Source: Gnetum montanum
Lineage: Eukaryota; Plantae; Gnetophyta
Assembly (NCBI GenBank): GCA_015680685.1
Contig: MNCI01000651.1
Location: forward strand, 1,178,001 to 1,242,000
Direction of reading: 5' to 3'
Length of the DNA: 64,000 nucleotides
Shown here: one piece after another, positions 11,801 through 24,600 of the stretch
How positions within the stretch are numbered: the first letter of the stretch is position 1
Layout: each line of letters starts with the position of its first letter
Position numbers and translations under genes: made by a program
Notes under the pieces: model-generated
What the model was told of the DNA's origin: nothing
Seen by the model: the letters and a program-made list of their open reading frames with translations, nothing else
Databases searched by the model: none

Positions 11801-12075
11801 ATCTCAAGAGCTGCAAAGCCCTGCAAGGCCTCCCAGATTCTTTTGGAAATCTATCACAATTCAAGGAGCTATATCTCATGAACTGCAAAGCCCTGCAAGG
11901 CCTTCCAGATTTTTTTGGAAATTTAGCACAATTAAAAGAGCTATATCTCATGAATTGCAAAGCCCTGCAAGGCCTCCCAGATTCTTTTAGAAATCTGGAG
12001 TTAGAGTTGCTGGATCTTTTGCAGTGGAAAGCCCAGCAAGGCCTCCCAAATTCTTTTGGAAATCTGGCCAGTTAG
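8178..12075 (+). CDS. TIR-NB-ARC-LRR (TNL) disease-resistance protein, 5 exons, about 1086 aa, C-terminally truncated relative to the ancestral gene
   Basis: Exons 8178-8857, 9161-10286, 10427-10565, 10669-10826 and 10918-12075. All introns are GT..AG with consistent phases (2,0,1,0); the total of 3261 nt is open. TIR, P-loop, kinase-2, RNBS-B, GLPL, RNBS-D and MHx motifs and about 16 LRRs are present. Confidence 0.88.
9161..10286 (+). CDS. TNL exon 2: NB-ARC domain
   Basis: GIGGIGKTT, VLVVLDNID, SIIIVTSR, CDGIPLAL, LFLDVATFF, MHVLLVDLGRSIV; acceptor tacag at 9160, donor ATG|GTATGA. Confidence 0.93.
10427..10565 (+). CDS. TNL exon 3 (NB-LRR linker)
   Basis: tttcag|GTEKIKALSL...EAFNKLSSLEFLILDGHCIE|gtacag. 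Confidence 0.82.
10669..10826 (+). CDS. TNL exon 4 (linker / first LRR)
   Basis: DFSKFSKKLLWLKWTNFPYDHIP...LTRLWE; NAGNAG acceptor (cag aag); donor CAG|GTCAGA. Confidence 0.82.
10918..12075 (+). CDS. TNL exon 5: LRR domain
   Basis: Open frame of 24-aa repeats LPxSFGNLxxLxxLxLxxCxxLxx; ends at TAG just after a 1-bp deletion. Confidence 0.9.
   Translation, partial: EAPTKLRRLSLSNCKNLQSLPEFTGHFLHLSSMILFDCTSLKTISESFGELQGLMHLQLQNCKALVQLPEGFGKLQGLKRLQLQNCRALVRLPEGFGDLQSLCSLEMKSLKRLKSLPESFGKMLQLENLIIWGCYCLEHLPESFGKLSRLKILYIIYGKALQRLPDSFGNLAQLKKLHLKSCKALQGLPDSFGNLSQLRELYLMNCKALQRIPNSFGNLAQLKELYLVNCKALQGLPDSFRNPAQLEKLHFMNCKALQGLPDSFGNVAQLKELYLMNCKALPDFFGNLAQLKKLYLKSCKALQGLPDSFGNLSQFKELYLMNCKALQGLPDFFGNLAQLKELYLMNCKALQGLPDSFRNLELELLDLLQWKAQQGLPNSFGNLAS
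11385..12075 (+). repeat. Near-identical 72-bp LRR-coding tandem array
   Basis: About 9-10 units of tgcaaagcc(c/t)tgcaaggcctcccagattcttttggaaat, with a 351-bp higher-order period. Confidence 0.92.
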
Positions 12076-12115
12076 AGGAGCTGAAGCTGTCACCCTGCCA
12101 AATCTGCCAGTTATA

Positions 12116-12495
12116 TGTGAGGTGTTCGAAGTTCAATTTGAGCGTTGATTTTCTCCGGATATTTCTATGCCTTGTGTCTATGTTATAATTAGTCCCATCC
12201 CTATCTCACCAAAATAAATTAATCTTGGGTTCCGTGACATATATAAGGAGGTCAAAGGGAACATCCAAAGCACTACATTTTTCAAAGCATAATCTTGAGA
12301 AACATCTCTCTTCTATTGTAAATTCTTCTTCATCTTCAATTTTCTGAAGCTGTGCTGTTAACAGTCCAAGAATCTATTTTTTACTGGGTTTCTCACCTTG
12401 AAAGTTTTTCCTAGGTAACTCTTGTCTTTTTTTTTTATTTTCTACAATTTTTTTTAAAATTTAATGTAATATTGGTGCAAGCCACTGAAATAACA
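12116..12495 (+). mobile_element. 380-bp solo LTR (copia-like) inserted in former LRR coding sequence
   Basis: TGTGA...TAACA termini, perfect 5-bp TSD TTATA (12111-12115 and 12496-12500), internal TATATAAGG. Confidence 0.88.
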
Positions 12496-12500
12496 TTATA

Positions 12501-13722
12501 TGACCGGTGATCTGTAATTCCAGTGGTTGTATAGAAGGGTTAGCTGAATTATTTGGATACTTGACAAACTTGGTTCGCCTGGACATCTGGGATTGCAAAG
12601 GAATGGAAGGGTTACCTTAATCATTTGACCGTCTTCCACGCTTAAAATTTTTGAGTATCCATTGTTGCAATGATCTGAGAAGGCTACCTAAATCATTTGG
12701 GCATCTTTCACAGTTACAAACCTTGAGGATCAAAAATTGCAGTGCTCTACAAGGGTTACCTGAATCATTTGTACATCTTCCGAATTTACGGTACTTGAAA
12801 ATTGACAATTGCAGGGGTTTACACGGGTTATCTGAATCATCTGGACATCTGAATACATGAAGTTCCAGGATTGCAATGGTGAAGCTACTCAGCATCAATA
12901 CCTTCAATCGCTGGTGCATGAGGTTACCCAACGGACCACATTAATGAAGCAAAAGAGAGACAGTGTTGCCAATTTGCTTTCCGTCAATAGTGAAAATACA
13001 CGTCGTCAATTAAGTGATATTGAGGTAAATAGCCCATCATTTTATACAAAGGCACCAATCTGCCCTCCATCCACGGTATCAAATGGACTGCTTGTGGTTG
13101 GGAAGCTTATGGGCCATTCCAGAGCTGTTGGACGATATAGCCGGTCTTTCAATTCTGACAAAGCTGAATCTTGATTCATGCTTGAACCTAACAGTGCTTC
13201 CAACACACATAAACAATCTTTCACATTTGACAGAGTTGTCCCTTAGGAGGCTTTGGAATTTAGAGGAGTCGCCGGACACCATTGGCAACTTACAAAACCT
13301 ACGAAGTTTGTGATTGCATTGTTTTGAAAGGATTCCCATTTCAGTTAGGGAGTCTTTTTAGGCTGCAACTCCGAGCAGTTATAGATTGCTGGATGGTGGA
13401 AGTCCTGCACACACAAGCATTGGTCAGTCTTGAAGAGCTTCAAGTGATTGGCTGCGTAAACATGAGCAGCATTGCAGGGCTCTGGGGCCTTCCCAAGCTT
13501 AGAGCCATTACAATTGAAGGGTGTTTGAACCTCACAGACATCCTGGTCATAGCTTATATAAATGAATGTGCCAGCATGAGATATTTGACGAGTCTCAATA
13601 TCAGTGGGTGTTACCAGTTACGTCTTCTGCATCATGTCGTTGTGCACCTGCCTCAGTTCATGAATCTGCGGGTCACGCTTAATGACGATTTTCTCAGCGA
13701 ATCATTGGAGAACGATACTAAG
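12501..13722 (+). pseudogene. Decayed 3' LRR region of the TNL gene
   Basis: LRRs continue (FGYLTNLVRLDIWDC; LPKSFGHLSQLQTLRIKNC; LPTHINNLSHLTELSL; LVSLEELQVIGC) but with nonsense TAA at 12618 (LP*SF) and frame breaks near 12857 and 13311. Confidence 0.85.
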
Positions 13723-15779
13723 GTACGTATGTCTATATATTTTGATAAATAATATATGCAATTCTCATTTGCAAGTTGAGTTACGGATGTGCCTGTTTGT
13801 GATTACATAAATTAATGTGGACACAATTATACAGATTGACATGTTTATGTAAATAATAGGTGGAATTCTCGTTTACAAGTTAAGTGTGTGTACATTTATG
13901 ATTGCATAAATTATGTGGAGCACAGACATTGCCACCATGTCGTTTATGTGGAGAGCAGATGTTGCCAGGGGATGTAGTAAATGCGAAAACAAGCCCGGCA
14001 TTGCTTTTGGCAGTGGAAATTTGCTCAATACCATAGACGACTGCTCATTCTCTTTTCATAAACTTTTGCCGGATCATGACGGTTCCTCTTCATTCTTATT
14101 CAGCAACGGCTACTACATCAGTCACCACGACGACGTCATTAAAACTAAAACAACAACGATTTGTTTTGTCTCAACCATTTGCACTGTCGACTTCCCAATG
14201 CATATTCCCCCGCCTACAACCATATTAAATCTACAAGGGAAATCTACGAAATGTCAATCTACATGCTAGTGAAAGGTAATGTAGTTGATTCAAGAAAAAT
14301 CGTTCGATAAACCAAGAAGAAATTCCCCTATGCTAAATACTCTATTTCGGACAAGAGCCTTTAGAAACCTTACATAGAAAGAGAAGATTGGGTATATTAA
14401 ATAGTGAATGGTATGATCATGTCATTTAAAGTTATTGATGAACAAGAAAGGATTGTTTAACAATACCTTTAAAAATGATTGGGAGATTGATGCCTTGGGA
14501 GGATAGAATAACATAACTATTTTTTTTTAAAGACCTCAAAGGAAAAATCCCAAAGCCATGACCAACTTGTTTTAAATTTATATATGATTCTACAAATGGA
14601 ACCATATGATATTAGTGTTGATCAAAGTTCTATGTAAGAGTTCCACTATTCAATAGATCTACAAGGTCTATGTATTATCATAAAATTTTTCTTTAAGTTT
14701 CAATTTAAATTATATCATTAAACAAAAATATATTTCTAAGGGTGACAAATTGTTTCTTTGCTTAGAAGTTAGCTTTATTGATTACTTCAAATTAGATAAA
14801 TATGAAGGAGTTGACATTAGAAAGTAAAGTTAGTTATTTCATCATTAATTTTATTTAGTATCTTTTAGGTAAGTACATGGTAGAGAGGTATACTTATGTT
14901 GTTTGTAATTATGTAACTTGCATTTCATGCATTATTCAATTTTAAATATTTGAAGTAGATTTACATAACTATATTCTCTTGTATGAATGTGATTTTTTGT
15001 TGGGGCCTAGATGTTTTGTGAAACATTGCCCACTTTGTGGATCTTAATAAAATTAGAATTATTATGAATATAGATATAAATGTTGTCCATACATCCAAGT
15101 ATACAAATCATGAGCATTACATGTGATGTGATCATAATCTATGGAATAGATTAATGGAGCTTTTAGATAGTTAAACGTTGATCACAAATTGCTGTCTTTC
15201 CAACTATGCTTATCTAGATCATAGTTCATATAGTTAAGTATAATTGAGGCATATGATCATTAGTGTTATGTGGTCATGATAAAATAATATTTAAAATATA
15301 AAGATTTAATTTAATGAATTTAGGAACAATGAATAAACTATAAGCTACCCTAAGTGATGAGTATCCATTCCCAATTTGCCATACACATCTTGAATTTACA
15401 CAATCATTGTTGGATTACCAAGTGCTAATTATTGGATTTGGTAAGTGACAACACTACTAATATTACCAAACAATTACATATTTATGCTCAAAATTGGTTG
15501 TACTCAATTTACAAAGTTAACATACATTTTGGAATTAAAATATTAACAAAGTGCATGAAAGTACATAATAGTGAAAGCAAATTGCTAATAGGAAAACATT
15601 AAGCTTAGTTAAAATGTTACAATAAAGATAAATTAATTTCAATCCTATTGTTGTCATGAATTGTATCCATGTACAATATCACTTGAACAAGATTATATTC
15701 AATTAATTAAAGTTCATGTTGTGGGCACTCATTGATTATGCTAACTTCTATGAAATAAGAGTTCTGTTACTATGATGAT

Positions 15780-16589
15780 AGATGAGTGGCAAGGTACTCG
15801 TACACTCAACCATACGAATACTAGCGTTTCATGCACAATTTGGTTGAACTCCAAGGACTAAGTGCTTATGCATCTTAATGGAACACTTAAGGTTAATCAA
15901 TCGTTGTCTTCTCAAACTTACTTGTATTGTCACGGTTGTATGGTTAAGTAAGCTTGAGGTATATGATTTTTATATCTTTTATCTTTTTAATGTCTTATGC
16001 TAATAGGGGAAGGTGAAGAGAACTGAGTGACTAACTTTCATTAACTATTCACCAACTACGTTCTAATTGTTCCTAACACCAGTATTCGTTCCCACTTGCT
16101 GCACACATCCTGAACTAGTGCAACGCTACTAGGATTACCAAACGCTAATCGTTAGGGTTACCAAGTGCTATGCACATGCTCGAAGCAGTCGTACTGAGTG
16201 TACTTAATTAGGAGAGTCAATGGTTGAGAGAGATTAATTAACTAGGAAAGCATTTAAACATTCAACAATAATTAATTACTATTTGGCTTAGTCTACATGC
16301 TGCAAGGTTTATCATAAAGTTTGTCTTTATTGCTGTACACAAATGTGTGCTTATGTACAATTTGCTCGAATAAAGATCCATTCACTTTAAGACTCCTACT
16401 GCGAGCACATGGAAATTATTCTAACTTTGGAATGGTAAAACTGCAAGAGTTTAGCTAAGGGTCTAAGTCTAAGTGTCTAGAACAGGGAAAGCTATCTCTT
16501 ATTTATAGAAATTGCGACAGGTAGCGATACCATGTATGTGATGTCACAAGGCGGACGCGATATCGCGGATGCGATATCATGGCTCATCA
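15780..16589 (-). mobile_element. Solo LTR, Athila-like GATATC clan
   Basis: Homologous to the LTRs at 18965, 28025 and 55677. Termini (A)GATGAG...CTCATCA; TSD ATGAT at 15775-15779 and 16590-16594. Confidence 0.9.
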
Positions 16590-18964
16590 ATGATCAAATA
16601 GTGAAATTAATGTGGTAGGTAAGTAATATTTATAGGAATTTATTGTAATTACAACATTGCATTTATGATATACATCCCATTCTCCAATATAGTAGATTTG
16701 ATATTGTAGTCAACAAACATAATTTTCATCCATTCCACGATAAGAGCTATATTGGCATTTTCCCAGTGAATCATCACTTTAGCCTTAAGCTTTTTGACAT
16801 ATGACATATGATGCTTCATTATACCCACACAAATCACCAAAAACTTATCCTAATGTTATACAAAATGGATGAAATTTCATTGCAAAAGTTGTAAGGTGAC
16901 TAGAAATAGATTGATTGATATTAGAAAACTTGAATATCACATCATAAAATTTATTTAAGTGGTTGTTTCAGAATTTTAAAAAATGACTCAACATACAAAT
17001 AAAACATTGTCAAAACTACATGAGATCTTCAAATGTTTTATCGACTTTAAATCTTCATGCCATCTTAGAAAATTGTGGTTTTTATCTTGATGGTGGTTTT
17101 TAACTCCTTTCATGCATAATTTCTAAAGGGACAATTGATAATTTTTTGCATTAGTCTATGGATCTCTAGGTAGTAAACATGTGACATTCAAGCTCTAATT
17201 CATGTATTTACTACTTGCTCACAATTTTGTCCTCTTCTTGGCCTCTTCTTATTCTTTTCTCAACTTCTTCTCCATGCCTTGCGAAAGTCTCCTAACCTTA
17301 GAAACTTGGTTAGGTGTTATTTGAAATCACCAAGGATCAAATGTTAAACTAGATTTGTCATGATACTTAAACGCTTTTGATCCTTTGGTTTTTTTAATTA
17401 AAAATATAAAAATCTGGCATCAATGGCACAGGTTGATTATGAAATATCATTCCATAGGTTTTAAGGTAACCAAATCATCAAGTTAGTAGACACTTTTCAA
17501 TTAAGTTTCATTATTTTATCATTAATTACCTTAGTGAGGTCAAAAGGGGTATTAGGAAATTCTTCAAAAATTGTAGTTATGTTCCCCCATGATAAGGAGC
17601 ACAACTCCAAGAGGTCAAGGACTTTTGTATTACTAAAATTGGACTCTTGAATTGTAAGTTATGGCACTTGGAAGTCTTTGGGCTTTGGAAACAACAACAA
17701 CTCTCCATGTGTTTAAATTAAAACGTGGAAAATTGACTAAGAGGCATCACATATATACACTAGTTTTTAAGGCTAATATCATAGTTATGACATTGTAGGT
17801 TCCTATGATATTGTAACTATGATATCATTGGTTGAAAGTTTTGGATTTTATTTATTTTAGGCTTGAAAAATCATTATTTTATTACGTTATGAGTGTCCCA
17901 ATGCTTATTGAGGAATGCTAAATTGGAAAATAGTTGTTGTTTATGATTGGGATAAATCAAAATGATCAAATCAATGATTAAAGATTTATCTTTAACTAAA
18001 AATTGGGAGATTAAAGAAAAATCCATTAAATGATAGAAAAATGCAACAAAATCTTGAAGGTAAGTATGGTTCATAATAATGCATGAAAATAGATGAGCTA
18101 CTTGTGATGCTTAGGATAGTGTAGTTTTGGTTCTTGGACATGATCCTCAAGACTTATACAAGTGGATCCTTCTCAAAGGAGGCTCCTACTTTTAATGTCC
18201 TTGTATAACCATTCACACAAGTGTTTATAGGTACCTTAATTAATTGAATGTGGATCATATCTTTATTCTAATATACACATGCAAAAATTGGAGCTGGGAT
18301 CTTGCATTGTGCTATACAAAATCATCAAACCCACAATTGTAGATTGTAGTGAGGTGAAATGAAGTCAGAATGAATTATACAAGTGGCATATGAGGTACCA
18401 TACCATGGTTGTAATGGATCCTTTGTATAGAGCATGGTAAAAAATGGTCAACTAACCATCTATTGGGATTCCAAAGTCCATGCCTCTTAGATTGACATTA
18501 TGTTGCATCACCCTAGACCCATCACCATGATACCAACTCACCATCATATTGAAACAATACCATTCAATAAGAAAATCATTGGGAAACATGCATTAGAAGT
18601 ATTATTAAAAAAAATTAATTAAGCATTTATGTTCATAATAAGGAACTTGGCCATTGGATAAAGAAGCACCTTTAAGCATGAATTACATGTCTTTCTAGTC
18701 TCATAACCAATGCTAATAATAAAAGGTGGACTTTCATGCATGGGTTACATATCTTTCACATGGTACCCAAAAAATGATTTCTTTAAAATTTAATTAATTA
18801 TTTAACTCATTAGCTTTGGGCATATATCGCATGCCTTCCCAGTAAGAAGGGAATAGTTGTTTTCAAATAATATTTTCAAACAATAATGAAAAATATAAGT
18901 GTTATTAACATAAGATCGAAACCTAAGGTGGAACTTTAAGAAATCAACAAATCCCTTTAATGTC

Positions 18965-19760
18965 TGATGACTAGTGAGGTACCCCTATGCTCAACTATAT
19001 GAATACGAGCATTTCACACACGATTTGGTCGAATTCCAAGGACTAAGTGCCTATGCGCCTGTGTGGAACAATAACGGGTTGATTAATCGCTGTCTTCCCA
19101 AACTTACTTGTATGTCATGGTTGTATGGTTAAGCAAGCTTGAGGCATATGATTTTTATGGCTCTTATGTGTTTTATATCCTGTGCTAATAAGGAGGGGAG
19201 AGAGAAATAACTAAGTAACTAATCTAATTTAACTATTCATTAACCAACTTCTAAGTACTCCTAACACCAGTATCTGTTCCCACTTATCGTATACATCCTA
19301 AACTAGTGCAATGCTACTGGGTTACCAAGTGCTACATGCATGTTCAAAGTGGTCGTACTGAGTGTATTTAACTAAGAGAGTTGTAGGGTGAGAGAAATCA
19401 TTAATTAACTATGAAAGCATTAAATAATAATTAATACTAATTAATCTATTCTGTATGCTATAAGGTTTATCATAAAGTTCGTTTTTATTGCCATCCACAA
19501 AGTGTGCTTAGGTACACAATGCTCGAATAAAGATGCATTCACTCTATGACTCCTACTGCGGGCACGTAGAAATAATTCTAACTATGGAGGGAGAGAATGG
19601 CAAGAGTTTGGCTAAGGGACTAACTTCTAATTGTGGAAACTAAGGGTGTCGCCTCTTATTTATAGACAAGGAGATGGGCTGCGACATCGGGTATCCGACA
19701 TTGCATGGTAGATCCGATATCACGGACACAATATCGTGGACATGATATCACGATTCATCA
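18965..19760 (-). repeat. 3' LTR of element C
   Basis: Direct repeat of 28025-28860; PPT (gtcatggggata on minus) at 19761-19772. Confidence 0.93.
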
Positions 19761-21652
19761 TATCCCCATGACTAAATGAAACTTGTCCTCAAGTTCCTTA
19801 CAAAATATTGGGAAGGTATGGAATTATTAACTGAATGAACATTGATGGTGGAACAGGTTGACTGACTCAACATGCCCAGTGAACAAATCAACAATACAAT
19901 ACATGACATCATTAGTGTTCATGACCACAAAAGTGAACACTGTACATAAATGACATCCAACCTTATTTGGCAGCTGGAAAAGAAGAAGGAGAGAAAGAAA
20001 AGAATAAGACATGCAGCTGCGGATGCCAATATTGCGCCTTTCGTTGTTCATCCATAGCCACACCACCAATCTTGCTCCTTTCGCAAATGTTCTAGTTCCA
20101 ATCCATCCTGAGTGTTTTCTCTAGGCCCAGTCCATTGTTGTATGATTGTCATTTGCACACACAACATAGTCACAAATGAACGAGGATAGATAAATCATAA
20201 TGTAGTTGATACCTTGCCTTGATGTGAAGTGCATTGTCTAAGTTGTGGTTATGGCAGCTACTGGTTTTGAATTTTTAACACTGGTGACTACCTAAGGTAT
20301 AGGGGTTAGGAAAAATTGAAAAATTTGTGCCCGGGCCCCCATGATGAAGAGCAAACCTCTGGTAGCGATAGGATGGAAAAAGATAAGGAATAAGAAAGGT
20401 GGAGAAAAAGTAACAACGGCAATGCCAATAAAATGGATGTCATAGACGAGGATGAAACAAAAAGTTTTTGATTGTAGGAAATGTTTAAGGGAAAGAAATT
20501 AACAAATGCACTAAAAAGGAATGCCAATGGGTCCTCCCCAAAGCAGGCTCATGCCTTTAGTACCCTGATAGACCCACAACCCAAAGAGTCCATAGGCTCT
20601 AGGAATGTTAATTGGAAGCAAGAGTTAAAAACTTACCCATAATAAATTACTAAGGAAGAACAATGCATCAACCAAGATACAAACTAATGATAAAACTGGC
20701 AATGAGGTAAGAAATGGAAAAGAAAGATGGAGAGCAGAGAATGGAATGAAAACCCAAGAACAAGGTTGTGTAAAGTTTCTTGTGTGTTTCATGGTTAATG
20801 TGATAGAGAACTCATTCCAAATCTAGGCTCAACAATCTACATTTAGTGACCTCACATCAACACATTTGACCAACCCATCCCCTTGAAGCAACAAGAATGC
20901 CTCTACAAAAAGTCACCACCACTCCAAGGAAAGCGAGATGGAGAACCAGGAAGTGAGAAGGGGCCTTAATTAGAGGGAACCTTCAGGCATGGGTAACATG
21001 TCTTTCCAGTGCCATAAACAGTGCATGTAGCCCAAAATCATTATTGTGTCTAAGGGGTGTGCTTTGAATTCTTACTATTTTTTTTTGTGTTTTTCACGTG
21101 AGAACCACACCATGCAAAGACTTATTTTTATGTACTCAACTTCCGATAATTTGGTGAATGATCAGAATGGCAGAAAACCCAAGCAAAAAGCATCCAAGCA
21201 CTCAAGAGAATAGTTAGTAAAAATGCATATAATCCCCTTGAAGTCACACCCTTTTCATCCTTTGAGTCCTTTCTCGATCTGAGAAATACCCAGTTACCAA
21301 TTCATTAATAGTTTTATTAGAGGAAGGGACTATACAATTCCAAGCCAAGGAAAACCATAGGATTGTATGGGTGCATGAATGACATGGACTCATTACCTGT
21401 TAATCAAAAGAACCATACCCTAATTATCAACATCATACTTCAAAGGTAAAATCCAAACATTACCAATCAATATGATCTTATTCATACCACCATCATGAAC
21501 ACTTATTGGGTGATGAACAAAATGAAGTAATCACACAAAGAAATCGTAAAAATATGAATGATGATGTAAAACAAAAATAAGAAGATTAAAGAAATATGTA
21601 AAACAAAAATGTGTAAAACAAAAATTTGGAAAGAACTGAGGGTCTTTAATGA

Positions 21653-24600
21653 TTAGCAAGGGTGGCCATCTCCCCCATCACTGAATGGGAAAGAGGAGAT
21701 CCAAAATAACGAGCAAGCTTGCCCACTTACAGAGGTAGCATATGTTCTGGTTGACCTAAACTCATGGAAAGGTTTTGTTTGTTGCACATTGACTAATAGT
21801 CTCTTATCTGGGCTCTCAAGTTTATCTATGGTCATGGCCCCTAAAGGAAAAGTTGCATAGATAATGTAAGGTCCTTCCCACAATGTTTGAAATTTGGTAT
21901 GTTGTAACACATGTGTGGGATTCTAGTAGAGAACCTTATCTCTTGGCTGGTAGTTAACTGTCCTAATTTTTAGGTTATGACATTGTTTATTAAATGCCTT
22001 GTGCAACTCATTAGATGATAAGACAACTAGTTAGTTCTCATCTAGCAAGTTAAGAGTCATCAACCTTTGTTTTTATGCTAGATCAAGGTCAAGGTTGAGG
22101 TCACATGCCATAGCTAGCATATGGAGCTTAGTTTGGATAGGAAGCGTTGGAAGTTTTCCATACACTAACTCATAAGGAGAGTAGCCTATAGGGAGTTTCC
22201 ATGTGGAGCGGTATGCCCAGAGAGCATCATTCAGTTTAGTGCTCCAGTCTCACCTATATTTGCTAATGGTTCTGGCTAGTATCTTAGTAATCTCTCTATT
22301 GGTGACCTCGGCTTGATCGTTTGCTTGGGGGTGGTATGGTGTAGTCAATTTGTGCTCAACCCCTAAGTGTTGCATTAACTTCTGAAAAGTTGCACCTGTA
22401 AAGTGTGTGCCATTATCTGAGATAAGTGCATGTGGCACACCAAACCTGTTGACGACTTGTTGTTGGACAAATCGTGCAGCTGTAGATGAGGTGCAATCTT
22501 TAACGGCTGCTACTTCAGCCCATTTTGTTAAGTAGTCTACGACAACTATGATGTATGCTTTTCCATTGGACATTAGTGTAATGGGCCCCATGAAATCGAT
22601 TCCCCAAATGTCGAAGGGTTCTAATGGTTGAATCCATTGTTGTGGCCCCTCCATTCTAGCAGTCATTCCCCCATCACGTTGACAATGCTCACAAGATTGG
22701 ATGAATTGATGGGTGTCCTGGAATAAGGTAGGCTAATAGTACCCTATAAGAAAGATCTTAATGGCTATTCATCTCCCAGCATAATGACCCCCACAAGGGC
22801 CCTCATGAGCATCTTGAAGAACTCTTGGTTGATCTCTATCGAGAACACATCATCGAACCAAGCCATTGGGACATACTTTGTAAAGTTGTCCATTGATTTC
22901 CATAAAGTACTTAGCTCTATAAAGAAACTGTTGTTTCTTCTTAAGGTCTAACTCTTGTGGTGTTTTTTGGATAAGGAGATAGGTAAGAATGCTACTATAC
23001 CAATTTGTCTTCATGGGTGATTGATTATTCACTATACCAACAAAGAGGAACTCATTAGGGAAGTGATCGAAAATAGGATACTCGTCCTCTTTGCTATCCC
23101 AGTGCAACTAAGATAAATGATTGGAAACTACGTTCTTGGTGCCTTTACGATCAATCATTGTTAGATTGAACTCTTGTAGGATTACTAGCCATTGTATAAT
23201 ACGGGGGCTTACCATTGGCTTATTCATGAGGAACCAGATGACACTATGATATGTGTGTATGAATACTTTATATCCCAATACATAGTGCCTAAATTTTTCT
23301 AGTGAAAACACTATAGTCATTAATTCCTTTTCTATAGTAGTGTAGTTAAGTTGTGCACCAGCTATACTTCTATTTGCACAGTGGATGTAATAAGGGCATT
23401 TTTGAGCATCTAATTGTGTAAGTACGGCTCCTAAGGCATAGTTAGATGCATTAGTCATGACATGGAATGGCATGGACTAATCAAGAGCTTGTAGAATGGG
23501 TGTTTCTACCAGCTTCTACTTCAAAGTTTAGAAAGCTAGTTTGCATTCCTTGATCCACTTGAAGGGTACATCTTTTTTCATTAGCTCTACCAATGATTTG
23601 GCAATCTTTGAAAAGTTCTCTATGAATCTCCTATAGTAGCTAGTGTGTCCAAGGAATGATCAAATGTCCTTGATAGTTTCCGGTTGATAGGTAATTCCTT
23701 GGATGACCTTGATTTTCTTAGGGTCTACCTCTATCCCTGCATGTAAAATTTTATGCCCAAGTACTATGCCTTCTTGGACCATTAAATGGATTTTCTACTA
23801 GTTGAGCCTTAGATTAGTCTCTACACATCTTTTTAGCACTTGCTCTAACCAGTCCAAGGCTTGATCACAACTTGCTCTGTAAGTGGAGCAGTCATCCATA
23901 AAGACTTCCACACCATTTCCTATCTACTCCTGGAATATGCTTAGAACTAAGTGTTGAAACATGGTAGGGGTATTGCATAAGCCAAACGACATTTGTTTGT
24001 ATGCAAACATTCTCCAAGGACTGGTGAATGTGGTTTTGGCTTGGTCTTCTAAGGCTATTTGTATTTGGTTGTATCCACTATAGCCATCTAGAAAATTATA
24101 ATAGTGATGCCCTACAATTGTGTCCAAGACTTGGTCAACAAATGGCAACGGAAAGTGATCCTTAAATGTTTCCATGTTTAGTAGCCTAAAATCTATACAC
24201 ATCCTCAATTTGTCTTCCTTTTTAGGCACAATTACCAAGGGGATAACCCATTTACTATTAGCAATGGGGTATATGAACCTAGCCTTTAGAAGTTGTTTGA
24301 TTTCTTCTTTTACTACTTGTTTCAACTTTGGGTTCAATCGCCTCTGTGGTTGTTTTCGAGGCTTCATGGAGGAGTCAATGTAAATCCTATGCTGGCATAT
24401 CCTAGGATCTATTCCAATTAATTTTGGATATGACCAGGCGAAGAATTTTGACCACTTGTTTATTACCTTGAGCAGACTTTCTTTTTGTTGTGGAGCAAGT
24501 CTTGCGTTGATGATTACTAATTTTCCATTCTTAAGGAATGTGTATTCCATACCGGTGGGTAATGGTTTTAGCTCCAGGGGATCTTGTTTAAATTTCTTGG

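Noticed and set aside
11385-11960. 191-aa antisense ORF
   Set aside because: A by-product of the 72-bp repeat lacking stops on the minus strand.
14290-14620. Possible DNA-transposase remnant
   Set aside because: No diagnostic motif or terminal repeats are recognisable.
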